Source: a virus. Taken from it: a stretch of DNA of 64,000 bases. Positions 43,919 through 52,676 of the stretch are shown here, piece after piece. The stretch spans positions 2,187 through 66,186 of IMG/VR virus record IMGVR_UViG_2928125067_000001; one strand, written 5' to 3'. The position numbers and the translations under genes are program-made. The notes beneath the pieces are model-generated. The model searched no databases, was not told where the DNA came from, and saw only the letters and a list, made by a program, of their open reading frames with translations. Each line of letters begins with the position of its first letter. Within the stretch, counting starts at the first letter, position 1.

Positions 43919-44893
43919 TCATGCTGCCCTCGCGCGGTCCGGAAGGAGGTTCATCTCGGCGAGGATGTGCTTTGGGACAGCCGTGCGCGGATCGTCCGGC
44001 GGCGGAGTGCGTGCCTTCAACGGCCAGTAGCCGACACGATCCCGCCATCGACTGACTTCGGTTCGCCAGCGGTCATCGCTCAGGCTTGCAAGGTATGGGT
44101 CAGGGGCATCCGGCGAGCGGGGCTCTGCCAGTGCAGGCCGCTCTGAGAAATCCCGCCAGCGCTGCTGATTGAGCCAAACGTCCGCGGTTTTGACGTACTC
44201 GGTGCCGACCTTGCTAATGCGCGTCTGCTCAACCGCATAGGCCCTGGCACCGACGATGATGGCCGCCGGATCGGCGCCTTTTCGGATAGCCTCGTTCCAA
44301 CGCTTACGCGCTGCGGTCGTCGGGAATGCCGTGTTCCTTTTTGGGTAGGCCGAACGAAATTCCTCGAACCTATCAAGGCCCCCTGTGGGGGCTTTAGGGG
44401 GTTCTTCTCTTCTCTTCTCTTCTCTGCTTCGCGGCGTCGAAGCATTTGCTTTATCAGTGTTGTTGTTTTTCAATGACTTAGACGCATTCAGTCGAGCGTC
44501 ACTTGACATCCACTCGGGGTGCACTCGGGGGTCACTCGGGGTGCACTCGGGGGTCACTCGGGGTGCACTACCCCCTTTTTGTCCCGCCTCACGGCGCACA
44601 GCGGCGACCTTTTCGCGGGCCTGAAGCTCCTCAGAAACCCGGTGATTAAACAGCCGTCCGTCCGCTGTGACAGCGATCTTGCGCGCCTCAATAAGTTGCC
44701 GGACAAGCGACGCGGCCTTTACGTTGCCGCACCGGAAGATACCCATCAGGAACCGCGGGCTGTTCGGAACCGGGCCGCCTACGCCGTACATCGCATGGCA
44801 GAGCCGCAGGTACGCCGCTTCCTGCTCAAGGCTCAGATCAACCGTGCCGTGATCCCAGGCGCGAAAATCCATCTTGTAGAACTCGCCCTTCAT
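43919..44893 (-). CDS. Replication initiator (DUF1376/YdaU-like)
   Basis: LSLEQEAAY.RL N-term; FEEF..AYPKR...WLNQQRW C-term; internal iterons. Confidence 0.85.
   Translation of the reverse strand: MKGEFYKMDFRAWDHGTVDLSLEQEAAYLRLCHAMYGVGGPVPNSPRFLMGIFRCGNVKAASLVRQLIEARKIAVTADGRLFNHRVSEELQAREKVAAVRREAGQKGGSAPRVTPECTPSDPRVHPEWMSSDARLNASKSLKNNNTDKANASTPRSREEKRREEPPKAPTGGLDRFEEFRSAYPKRNTAFPTTAARKRWNEAIRKGADPAAIIVGARAYAVEQTRISKVGTEYVKTADVWLNQQRWRDFSERPALAEPRSPDAPDPYLASLSDDRWRTEVSRWRDRVGYWPLKARTPPPDDPRTAVPKHILAEMNLLPDRARAA
44511..44565. repeat. Five 11-bp iterons (CACTCGGGGTG/CACTCGGGGGT alternating); putative origin
   Basis: Direct repeats inside initiator gene next to AT-rich tract 44443-44480. 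Confidence 0.85.
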
Positions 44894-46302
44894 GACGCGA
44901 TCTCCGCCAAGACGTTGCAAGCGATGTCGCAGAAGCACTCCATGCGATCAGTCGGACCGCCACGCTGCTTCAGGATCTCGACCTCAAGAATGTTGCCAAC
45001 GCGATCCAGCCGGTCTTCTTCCTCGGGCGTCCGCTCCGGGATATGTTCGAGGTAGTAGGCTTCCCGGAACAGCGCGATCACGACATCCGCGTCCTGCTCG
45101 ACCGAACCACTGTCGCGCAGATCAGCCAGCTTCGGGCGTTTATCGTCTCGGTTCTCCACTGCCCTGTTGAGCTGCGACAGAGCGAGCACGGGCACGCCGA
45201 ATTCCTTCGCCATCCCCTTGAGCGAGCCCGTGATCTCGGTCAGCTCTTGGACTCGGTTTCCGGAGTAGCGCTTGGAAGCCTTGATGAGCCCGATGTGATC
45301 GACCACGATTAGGCCAAGGAAATTCCCTTGGCGCTCTAGGCGCATCCGGTACTGGCGCACGCGGGCGGCGATCTGCGCGACAGTCAGCCCAGGCTGCTGC
45401 TCAATCTCGAAAGGAAGCGTGTCCAAAAGGCGCTGCGCATCGACAAGCCGCTGAAGGCCTCGGTCGCTAACGTCTCGCCCCTGCGCGATGGCGCGGTAGG
45501 TTAGATACTCGTTGGCGCGTGGATCGTAGGCGCACGCTGCCAGCGCACGCTCCGACAGCTCGTTGGCGTCCATCTCCAATGAGATGAAGCAGACCCCGAA
45601 GCCGGCGCGCGCCGACGAGAGTCCAAAATGGATCCCGGCGGTCGTCTTGCCCATGCCGGGGCGTCCGGCGAGGATGATGAGCTGGTTCTCACGCATGCCC
45701 AGCGTAGCGTGATCCAGTTTTGGCAGGCCATACGGGGCTCCGAGCTTGACCCGGCCGGCGCGGGCTTCCTGCACACGCTCAATCACGCCGAGGGCGCTTC
45801 GGCCGATGGCGACGCGGCGCATGTGATCCGGCATCGCCGCAGTCGCGATCTCGTCCAGATCCTCAATCATCTGCGCGGCGTACCCGGCCGGGTCAGCGAC
45901 GCCGCCTGTGGTCATGGCAGCCTGAGCCGCAATCGCGGTTTCAAACAGACGGCGCATGCGCGAGGCTTCGCGAACCGCCTTGGCGTAGGACGGGGCGTTA
46001 ATGACCGTCGTGGCTTCCGTCGCGAGCCGGCCGAGGTACTTACCGACCGTTTCGCCGCCGAGATCACGGTTGCCGAGGATCGTCGTCAGAAGCCGGAAAT
46101 CGACATGCTCGCCGGCATCTCGGCGGGCGCACATGGCCTCGTACAGCCAGCCGTTGATCTCGCTGTAGAAGTCAGACGGCTCGACGATGTGGCGCACGCC
46201 GTCGATCGCGGCCGGGTTGTGTAGGATCGCCCCAAGCAGCGATGCCTCCGCGCCAAGGGCCTGAGGACGCTCAACCTGATCCTGCGGCGCGCCCGTGCTC
46301 AT
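44890..46302 (-). CDS. dnaB: Replicative helicase DnaB-like
   Basis: AGRPGMGKT; SLEM; LSQLNR; DLRDSGSVEQDAD. Confidence 0.95.
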   Translation of the reverse strand: MSTGAPQDQVERPQALGAEASLLGAILHNPAAIDGVRHIVEPSDFYSEINGWLYEAMCARRDAGEHVDFRLLTTILGNRDLGGETVGKYLGRLATEATTVINAPSYAKAVREASRMRRLFETAIAAQAAMTTGGVADPAGYAAQMIEDLDEIATAAMPDHMRRVAIGRSALGVIERVQEARAGRVKLGAPYGLPKLDHATLGMRENQLIILAGRPGMGKTTAGIHFGLSSARAGFGVCFISLEMDANELSERALAACAYDPRANEYLTYRAIAQGRDVSDRGLQRLVDAQRLLDTLPFEIEQQPGLTVAQIAARVRQYRMRLERQGNFLGLIVVDHIGLIKASKRYSGNRVQELTEITGSLKGMAKEFGVPVLALSQLNRAVENRDDKRPKLADLRDSGSVEQDADVVIALFREAYYLEHIPERTPEEEDRLDRVGNILEVEILKQRGGPTDRMECFCDIACNVLAEIAS

Positions 46303-46514
46303 GCGCGCCGCCCGAACGTCGTGACGGTGGCACCCATGAACTCGTTCTGAGCCGGGGTCTGATAGAGTTCAAGGAAGGCGCACCAAGCCCGCGCTGCGCG
46401 CCGACCGTCTTCGATCTGATGCGTCCGATCGGCGAGGTTGCGAGCCGCCACGTAGGCATCCCATGCCTCGGTCTCGCGCCGCTCACGCTCAGAGTTAAGG
46501 TTAACCACGCTCAT
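46299..46514 (-). CDS. Hypothetical protein
   Basis: ATGA coupled; AWDAYVAA...RAW..FL. Confidence 0.65.
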   Translation of the reverse strand: MSVVNLNSERERRETEAWDAYVAARNLADRTHQIEDGRRAARAWCAFLELYQTPAQNEFMGATVTTFGRRA

Positions 46515-46822
46515 GCGGCTCTCCCAAACAAGTCGAGGTTGTCTTCAGCGTTGCTGGGCTTGGCGGGAGGAGACGGGCAGTCGCGCTCGCGGGCCTTCGT
46601 CTCAGCCTCAGCCATGCAGTCAGCCTCGGCACAGCTCCACACGCCGTCGTCCTTCAGGCTGACGCCGAAGCCGTAGCAGGCGCTCTGTCCGCACCCAAAG
46701 CACCAGCGCTCAAGACGGGCTCGGGCTGCGTGCTCTTGCTGCCAGCCGATAGGAGACAGACTCTCCGTGCGGAAGAACAAGCCAGCGGCTCCCGGCTGTG
46801 TCGGATCGGATGGCGGCTTCAT
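46511..46822 (-). CDS. Zn-finger-like protein
   Basis: CFGCG...CYGFG...WSC. Confidence 0.65.
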   Translation of the reverse strand: MKPPSDPTQPGAAGLFFRTESLSPIGWQQEHAARARLERWCFGCGQSACYGFGVSLKDDGVWSCAEADCMAEAETKARERDCPSPPAKPSNAEDNLDLFGRAA

Positions 46823-47199
46823 TCATCGCCACCATCGCCCGCCAGTTGCTCTGCCTTCTTGCGCGGACGCGGTGCGATGCTGGGTGCGGGATCGCGCAGC
46901 GAGAAATGGCGGCAGGACGCTTGCCCATGCGGGACGCCTGGACCTTCGGCGCCCTGCATCAAGCGGCTGAACTGCCGGAAGCGGCGGGGGCAGAGCTGCC
47001 CTTCCTCGCGACGGAATCGCTTGCCACTGCCCCAGTGAATGCACTCGCGACAGGTCCGGCCGTCGGGGCCTGTCTCGGCCCAATGCGCCATACCGGGCAC
47101 GGATGCGGCGAGCCGACGAGCCTGTACGGCGTCGTCTGGAGGCATCAATCCAGGGGTGAGCAGGCCGAAGATCTGCTGCTGCGGGGAATGCATGCTCAT
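46819..47199 (-). CDS. Hypothetical Cys-containing protein
   Basis: GMAHWA.TGP...TCREC..W...CRHF. Confidence 0.7.
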   Translation of the reverse strand: MSMHSPQQQIFGLLTPGLMPPDDAVQARRLAASVPGMAHWAETGPDGRTCRECIHWGSGKRFRREEGQLCPRRFRQFSRLMQGAEGPGVPHGQASCRHFSLRDPAPSIAPRPRKKAEQLAGDGGDE

Positions 47200-47651
47200 G
47201 CCGCCACCTCTTTGCTGATGAAGGGGATCACCTCGACCATCGCGACGGGCTGCTCAGACTGCCACTCCAGCACGATCCGAGAGGCCAGACGGTCGTTGCG
47301 CACGACGCCGTGAAGCTGCAGCAAATCCGAGGTCGCCTTGATCGCGTTGTCGAGATCGAGGCCGCTCTCTACAGGCATGCGAAGGGTCAGTTCATACCGG
47401 CCGGAGACGCGACCAGGGCGCTGCATCGTCAGCCGCCAGCCGGCCTCGGACAGCCAGGCGCTGTAAGCCTTCGACAGACGAACACCGCCTCCAGGGTGAC
47501 GCTCATAGATGGCGTTGACGGAGACCGGCACGGGCAGCAGCAGGCGAACGACGTCAGCCTCGGCGCGCTGGGCGAAAGTGCCCGGCACGCTCGGCTTCCT
47601 CGCCCAGCGCTTGGCTGCCTTGATCTGTCGAAGGACGTCGGCCGTAGGCAT
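47196..47651 (-). CDS. rusA: RusA-like Holliday junction resolvase
   Basis: P.SVN..Y...DLDN..K...D.L...G...ND. Confidence 0.85.
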   Translation of the reverse strand: MPTADVLRQIKAAKRWARKPSVPGTFAQRAEADVVRLLLPVPVSVNAIYERHPGGGVRLSKAYSAWLSEAGWRLTMQRPGRVSGRYELTLRMPVESGLDLDNAIKATSDLLQLHGVVRNDRLASRIVLEWQSEQPVAMVEVIPFISKEVAA

Positions 47652-47671
47652 GGGGCCTCGTGCTGTGAGGG

Positions 47672-47950
47672 TTAGAATGGCGAGGGTGGGACGAGGAGCG
47701 GCGCACCGAAGCGGGCCGCCTTCTCGACGAAGGCCGAATACCGATGCGCCCGATCTTTCAGGCGAGCGCGCCGAAGGCGCTGTTCGTCTGTCGGGGCATC
47801 CGGGCGCTTCGACCGGCCCAGATGTCGATAGACCGCATGGCGACCGCATCCTGTCAGCCGCGCGATCTGCGTGTTGGTGAAGTCCAATTCGCGAAGCTCG
47901 CGCATCCGGACGACATCGCTGGCGGTGATCCAGCCGGACGCGTTAGGCAT
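47672..47950 (-). CDS. HTH protein
   Basis: TNTQIARLTGCGRHAVYRHL. Confidence 0.65.
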   Translation of the reverse strand: MPNASGWITASDVVRMRELRELDFTNTQIARLTGCGRHAVYRHLGRSKRPDAPTDEQRLRRARLKDRAHRYSAFVEKAARFGAPLLVPPSPF

Positions 47951-48363
47951 CAGGACCGCCCAGCCAGGGAGCGATGAGCAACGCGAGGCGGTCGGCACGA
48001 AGCATCACCCACCGGGCGAGCCGCGTCCGCGTCCTGTAGGCCCAAGGCCGCTTCGCAGGCGGCAAGTCTTTGTAGAAGTGTCTGTCTGGCATCGTGGGCC
48101 TTCCCGAGGGAGTCGGTGTCACGAGCGGCGCGCTCGCGAAGTTGGTCCATGGTGTCGGCGTCGATGCGGCGAGCCTCGCCGTACCAAAGCCTCTTGCCGA
48201 GACCGGCGGGAATGCCGGCCCGACGTGCCGCGCGATTGATCGCGGCCTTCATGCTCTCGCCAGGCACGGCGGGCTCAGCGAGCTGCCGAAGCAGCATCGC
48301 GGCTTCAACGAGGGCTGCCATTGGCCGACGCTTTTCCGAGTTCTGAGAAAGATTTTCCGGCAC
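47950..48363 (-). CDS. CII-like transcription regulator
   Basis: KAAI.RAARR.G......LWYGEARRIDA..MD. Confidence 0.65.
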   Translation of the reverse strand: MPENLSQNSEKRRPMAALVEAAMLLRQLAEPAVPGESMKAAINRAARRAGIPAGLGKRLWYGEARRIDADTMDQLRERAARDTDSLGKAHDARQTLLQRLAACEAALGLQDADAARPVGDASCRPPRVAHRSLAGRS

Positions 48364-48612
48364 GTAGGAACTCCGTCGTGGTCGATTGCTCGTCGACACG
48401 GAGGAGTCGCAGATGGCCGGACTCGACAGGAAGGGGGTAACGCGACGTGACTACGGTCACCGCGCATGGACCGGGCTGGACCATGAATGCGCGGTTCGAG
48501 AAAGCGGGCGTGCGTACAGACCCTGCAAGGTCCACGACCGTCCGCATGTGAGCGAGCGTCCGGGCTGCAACCCGGCTGATCGCAAAGAGAATGGAAAGTG
48601 ATGGCGAAGGGA

Positions 48613-49158
48613 TCATTGCGATACCTCCGCCCAATCGGCGGCCCACAGAAGCTCGGCCGCCGCAATCGGACAGGTGGGCTTGGCGACATTCAGTCGATCA
48701 AAGATCTTCTGCACTTTGCGTATCCCGAAAAGCGCGGTGGAATGATCGCGCTTGCCGACCCGATAGCTGATCTGCGGCAGGCTCAGGAGGGTGTAATTCT
48801 TAGAGACCCAAAAGAGGATCTGCCGCGCCTTGACCTGCTGAGCGAGGCGCCGATGCGAGCAGATCTCCAGGACGGAAACGCCCGTCACGGCGGATACGAT
48901 CGCCGTCAGGCGCTTCATCGGGAACGCCTTCTGATCCTCAAAGTCCTCCGGGCGAACGGGCTTCGGAGGGATGAAGCCCTTCTCGCCTATCTTCGGCTCC
49001 GTCCGAGGCTTCGGAGCGGGCGACTTGATCGGGCTTTTCGGCTGGGCGGCGGCCTTCAGATGCGCCCCGCGCACCAAGGCGATATCGACGAGCGGCGCCT
49101 TTGGGCGATTGTTGCCGAAGCTCACACGGCCAGTCTCAAAGGTGCGGAAGCCAGTCAT
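48613..49158 (-). CDS. Protein with DnaA domain IV-like HTH
   Basis: RR....ARQ.......T..SLPQI....G.RDHST...GIRKV. Confidence 0.85.
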   Translation of the reverse strand: MTGFRTFETGRVSFGNNRPKAPLVDIALVRGAHLKAAAQPKSPIKSPAPKPRTEPKIGEKGFIPPKPVRPEDFEDQKAFPMKRLTAIVSAVTGVSVLEICSHRRLAQQVKARQILFWVSKNYTLLSLPQISYRVGKRDHSTALFGIRKVQKIFDRLNVAKPTCPIAAAELLWAADWAEVSQ

Positions 49159-49383
49159 TCACGCCTCCGGCGGCATGTTCGCGTGCAGATCGGAAAGGCC
49201 CTCAATCAGAGCCGTGATCTGCGAGCGCTTGAGGTTCATCCCGAGGCCCAGGCGCATGTCGCGGAACAGGCTGATCCGCATGTGTCGGCCGTAAGCGGTG
49301 ACAGAGGCCGTGATGACATCCGAGGGATCGACCTCGGACTGGATCACCAGATCAGCCTTTGGGAGACGGACGGCGGCGCTCAT
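49159..49383 (-). CDS. Hypothetical protein
   Basis: Coupled ORF, 74 aa. Confidence 0.55.
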   Translation of the reverse strand: MSAAVRLPKADLVIQSEVDPSDVITASVTAYGRHMRISLFRDMRLGLGMNLKRSQITALIEGLSDLHANMPPEA

Positions 49384-49520
49384 GAGCGAGCTGCCGAATG
49401 AGGCGCCGAGACGGTGGCAGCCCTCTCCAGGCCCACCATCGCCCCGGCTTCTCGCGCCAGGGCACTACCCTGGACGATACCGGCCACGATGAGCCGGATC
49501 TGGTTGGCGAGGTCGGCCAT
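49380..49520 (-). CDS. Hypothetical 46-aa protein
   Basis: TGATG and ATGA couplings. Confidence 0.45.
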   Translation of the reverse strand: MADLANQIRLIVAGIVQGSALAREAGAMVGLERAATVSAPHSAARS

Positions 49521-49864
49521 CAGGCGGCGCCCCGGTCCATGACCGCCACATCGGGATACAGCACGTCGTGAGCACGCTCGCGCCATTCGTCGGGGGCAGC
49601 CTCCCAAAGGTGTTTAAGGCTTTCCCACCACGCGAAGTGCATCAGTTCCTTGGTGGCGTGGAACCACTCACCGTGACTGTGCAAATGGTCGAACTGCCGA
49701 TGAAATTGCGCCTCGACCAACGAACCGCCGTTGACGACGCCGATCACCTTCAAATCAACCGGGGAAAGCAGGCGCAGCTCGCTAAAACGGCGCTCGGGAT
49801 CAACCGAGCGTCCGATCTTGACGAGGTTTACAGACGGGGCGTGGACGAAATAGACGAAGCTCAT
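49520..49864 (-). CDS. GIY-YIG nuclease (T5orf172-like)
   Basis: VYFV......VKIG.S..P..R...E...H..F......GEWF. Confidence 0.85.
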   Translation of the reverse strand: MSFVYFVHAPSVNLVKIGRSVDPERRFSELRLLSPVDLKVIGVVNGGSLVEAQFHRQFDHLHSHGEWFHATKELMHFAWWESLKHLWEAAPDEWRERAHDVLYPDVAVMDRGAA

Positions 49865-50154
49865 CACGCAGCCTCACGTGCATGCGTATGCGAGGCAGCG
49901 CGGTGGTAGGCCTCGCGGTACAGGTCGAGGATCGCGGCGGCTTCCTGAGCCTTCGACGCGTCCTTGCTCGCCTTGCGCAGCTCGGAGACGAGCGCGCCCA
50001 TAGCGGTCTTATCGAAGCCCATCGAACGAGCCTCGGCGTAAATCTCCTTCACGTCCTGCTGCAGTCCGTCGATCTCCTCGCGGAGCCGAAGGATGCGGTC
50101 GATGAAGGAGGCGAGCTGCTGGTCGGCAGAGCCGTCTCTGATCGCATCACTCAC
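49864..50154 (-). CDS. gapR: GapR-like DNA-binding protein (DUF2312)
   Basis: L.SFIDRI.RL.EE......D.KEIYAEA.S.GFD. Confidence 0.88.
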   Translation of the reverse strand: MSDAIRDGSADQQLASFIDRILRLREEIDGLQQDVKEIYAEARSMGFDKTAMGALVSELRKASKDASKAQEAAAILDLYREAYHRAASHTHAREAA

Positions 50155-50306
50155 AGCGCGTACCTCACAGCACCGCAGAGGATCAGGATGGCAGCGCCAG
50201 GAATGACCGCGCCGTCGATGTGGCGCCAACGGCAGACACACCAGACGAGAGCGATGCAGCCGAACGCGAGCCAGAGCTTGAGGATGATGAGTGGAAGCAA
50301 AGTCAT
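50151..50306 (-). CDS. Small membrane protein
   Basis: Two hydrophobic segments; ATGA/GTGA coupled. Confidence 0.55.
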   Translation of the reverse strand: MTLLPLIILKLWLAFGCIALVWCVCRWRHIDGAVIPGAAILILCGAVRYAL

Positions 50307-50542
50307 GCGGCCTCCGTCTCGGCGCCGATCATGCCCCACAGTCTCGGTTCAGCCGTTCGGCCGATCTTCGCGAGAGCTGCATTGAGCGCGAGATACGTCT
50401 CAGCCGGGAACCGACCTCGGTTCCACCTTCGCCAGTTGGAGACAGCCTTGTGACTGACGCCGACAATCTTCCCGACATCGGCGTTGCCGCCGAGCGCGTC
50501 GATGGCCTCATCCGTGCTGGCGATAGGGGGCGGCTTAGACAT
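50303..50542 (-). CDS. Cro-like repressor
   Basis: IDALGG...VG..VGVS..AVSNW....FP; divergent from repressor. Confidence 0.85.
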   Translation of the reverse strand: MSKPPPIASTDEAIDALGGNADVGKIVGVSHKAVSNWRRWNRGRFPAETYLALNAALAKIGRTAEPRLWGMIGAETEAA

Positions 50543-50548
50543 GAGCCC

Positions 50549-50595
50549 AATATCGTCCACGCAACATGGACGCGTCAAGTCCATAAATCGTTGAT
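50549..50595 (-). promoter_or_regulatory. Early promoter (TTGACG-N18-GATATT) with operator GTCCACGCAACATGGAC (50555-50571) and degenerate copy (50579-50595)
   Basis: Palindrome GTCCA-N7-TGGAC fills the -35/-10 spacer. Confidence 0.75.
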
Positions 50596-50629
50596 GGCGC
50601 GAAAATCGCGCCTCGCTGATATTTCCGGC

Positions 50630-50935
50630 ATGTCAGAGAACGCACTCACGCCCGAAAGCCGGGAGGCCATTGGCCACCGGCTACGTCTAACTCGCGAAGC
50701 GCTCGGCCTGTCATTGACCGAATTCGCCACGAAGGCCGGGATGAGCAAAACCCGCTATGAAAATTTTGAGGCCGGGCGCAATCTCATCAAGCCCGATTTA
50801 GTCGCGCAGATCATTCGCGCCTTTCCGGCTGCGAAGCTTGATTTCAATTGGGTCTATCACGGCGACATGAACGGCATAGCTCACGACCTTGCCGTCCGCA
50901 TTTCTGAGACCATGGGCGGAAAGCGCGTCGCCTAG
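50630..50935 (+). CDS. CI-like XRE repressor lacking S24 peptidase domain
   Basis: IGHRL...REALGLS..EFA...G......Y.N.E.G; only 101 aa. Confidence 0.88.
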   Translation: MSENALTPESREAIGHRLRLTREALGLSLTEFATKAGMSKTRYENFEAGRNLIKPDLVAQIIRAFPAAKLDFNWVYHGDMNGIAHDLAVRISETMGGKRVA

Positions 50936-51138
50936 GCGCCGACGATCTTGAACCGCTTCGGCTCCGAGCTACTTACGCAGTCTTCCTCGTACACCATAAA
51001 ATTTTCGACAAGCCATTTGACGTCCGCGAGCAGAGCAAGAGCCTCTGCTTGGTCCACCGGCAACTGAACAGCGATCTGTAGCGCCATCGCCTTTTGCCGC
51101 TGTAGCCGCTTCTTAGCGGCGTGATCTGACATCGGCAT
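50932..51138 (-). CDS. Putative SOS-inducible antirepressor
   Basis: RBS AGGGGGAG; ALQIAVQLP....AL..L motif; LexA box upstream. Confidence 0.6.
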   Translation of the reverse strand: MPMSDHAAKKRLQRQKAMALQIAVQLPVDQAEALALLADVKWLVENFMVYEEDCVSSSEPKRFKIVGA

Positions 51139-51221
51139 CGGTTATCCAGGCTCCCCCCTTCGACTAGAACTATCGTAACCAGGGATACTCTGGTCGCGCA
51201 AGTTGCAATCCGCTCCCTGTG

Positions 51222-51236
51222 GAACAAAAAGGGAAC
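51222..51236. promoter_or_regulatory. Alphaproteobacterial LexA box GAAC-N7-GAAC
   Basis: GAACAAAAAGGGAAC. Confidence 0.75.
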
Positions 51237-51245
51237 AGATTTTTC

Positions 51246-51299
51246 GTCCACGGAACATGGAATTTGGGCTTGCAACGTCCATGCAACGTGGACTATGGT
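51246..51299 (+). promoter_or_regulatory. Early promoter (TTGCAA-N18-TATGGT) with operators at 51246-51262 and 51277-51293
   Basis: GTCCACGGAACATGGAA and GTCCATGCAACGTGGAC. Confidence 0.78.
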
Positions 51300-51334
51300 C
51301 ATCACATCAGCAGCCGCCACGGAGCGCCGCCGCG

Positions 51335-51445
51335 ATGTCTCAGATCATCACCGATCCCATCACCATCAAGATCGGCCTCTCGGCCCTTCTGTTCGTCGCT
51401 AGCGCCTTCGGCATCGGCCGGGCTGCTCTCGGGTACGAGGGCTGA
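51335..51445 (+). CDS. Small membrane peptide
   Basis: RBS GGAG; hydrophobic 36 aa. Confidence 0.5.
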   Translation: MSQIITDPITIKIGLSALLFVASAFGIGRAALGYEG

Positions 51446-51448
51446 GCC

Positions 51449-51835
51449 ATGGCCGTCTCCTACGCCCTCACCATGCCGGCGGGTTACTGGACCGCGCCGG
51501 GCCGCGACGAGTTCGGCGCCCCCTGCCTGACGCTCCATCACGAGCGGTTCGGCGTGCTCTCGGATCACGAGTGCCGCGCTGATGCGATCTATGCCGCCCA
51601 GGACCACGCTGACGAGCTGGCCGACGAAGCCTCGGCCGAAGCTGCCGCCGCCGCTGGCGGGGCCTACGAAGCCACACTCGACACCATCCACGCGATGGTC
51701 TCGGCGCTGATCGTCCAGCCGCTTCCTGGCGACGACGAGGCTCGTGGCGAGCAGCGTGCGGTTCGGGCCGCTCTGGTCGCTATCGAGGCCATCGGCAAGG
51801 CGCCGGCCGCTCAGCAGATCGCGAGGGCCGCGTGA
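51449..51835 (+). CDS. Hypothetical phage protein
   Basis: 128 aa in early operon. Confidence 0.7.
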   Translation: MAVSYALTMPAGYWTAPGRDEFGAPCLTLHHERFGVLSDHECRADAIYAAQDHADELADEASAEAAAAAGGAYEATLDTIHAMVSALIVQPLPGDDEARGEQRAVRAALVAIEAIGKAPAAQQIARAA

Positions 51836-52095
51836 TGGCTCAGGTCTGGAAATTCGACGTCGCGCCGATTGATGGCCCGCAGACGCTTAAGGCTCCTGGG
51901 CTTGGGAGGGCTGTGTTCTTCGCCATGCAGGGCGGCAAGCCTCGCGTCTGGATGAAGATAAAGCCGGATTACCCGGAGGTTGAGCGGCGCATCCAAGTCG
52001 TCGGGACTGGGCACGACCTGCCGGAGCATTGGCGCTACGTCGGTAGCCTACAAGATGGCCCCTACGTCTTGCACCTCTTCCAAGAGGGCATGTGA
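51835..52095 (+). CDS. Conserved phage hypothetical protein
   Basis: VWKF...Q.G...VW...VGTGH...YVGS.Q...V.HLF. Confidence 0.75.
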   Translation: MAQVWKFDVAPIDGPQTLKAPGLGRAVFFAMQGGKPRVWMKIKPDYPEVERRIQVVGTGHDLPEHWRYVGSLQDGPYVLHLFQEGM

Positions 52096-52511
52096 TGCCC
52101 TTCGTTGTCTGCGAGGATGTTGGCACCACTGCCCGCAAGCGCCTGAGCCCTCGCGACGTTCTCGCCGCATGGGAGCGCACAAAGGGCGTCTGCGTGACCT
52201 GTGGTGAGCGGATCGACGGGGTTCGCCAGCGCTGGTTCGTCGAACACGAGATCGCGCTTGAGAATGGCGGCTCCGATACAGCCGACAATCGCGGCCCCGC
52301 GCATTACGAAACCTGCAAGCGCGTGAAGGATGCGGCCGATCACTCGGCTGCGGCCCAGGCCAAGAGGCGCAAGCGGGTGCAGCTCGGCATCACCGCCGCT
52401 GCCACGAAACCGAAGATCCAGAGCCGCGGCTTCGCGAAATCGGAGCCCCAGCGTCGAGCCTCGAAGCCGCTCACCAAGTGGTTCGGCGAAGCATTCCCGA
52501 CCCGTTCCTGA
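52095..52511 (+). CDS. HNH endonuclease
   Basis: C..CG...EHEIALENGG.D...N...H..C. Confidence 0.8.
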   Translation: MPFVVCEDVGTTARKRLSPRDVLAAWERTKGVCVTCGERIDGVRQRWFVEHEIALENGGSDTADNRGPAHYETCKRVKDAADHSAAAQAKRRKRVQLGITAAATKPKIQSRGFAKSEPQRRASKPLTKWFGEAFPTRS

Positions 52512-52522
52512 CGGAGGCCATC

Positions 52523-52675
52523 ATGGCCGAGCCTGTCACAGCAGATCTCGACACGCCGGAAGACGATCCCGGCTTCGACTTAGACGATGCGGCGATCCTT
52601 TGCTGCGTCCTCATGTTCCTCGGCGGCCTCGGTGGCATCGCCAGCACGCTTTTCCTGATCCTCGTTGGAGGCTGA
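52523..52675 (+). CDS. Small membrane protein
   Basis: RBS GGAGG; C-terminal hydrophobic. Confidence 0.55.
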   Translation: MAEPVTADLDTPEDDPGFDLDDAAILCCVLMFLGGLGGIASTLFLILVGG

Positions 52676-52676
52676 C

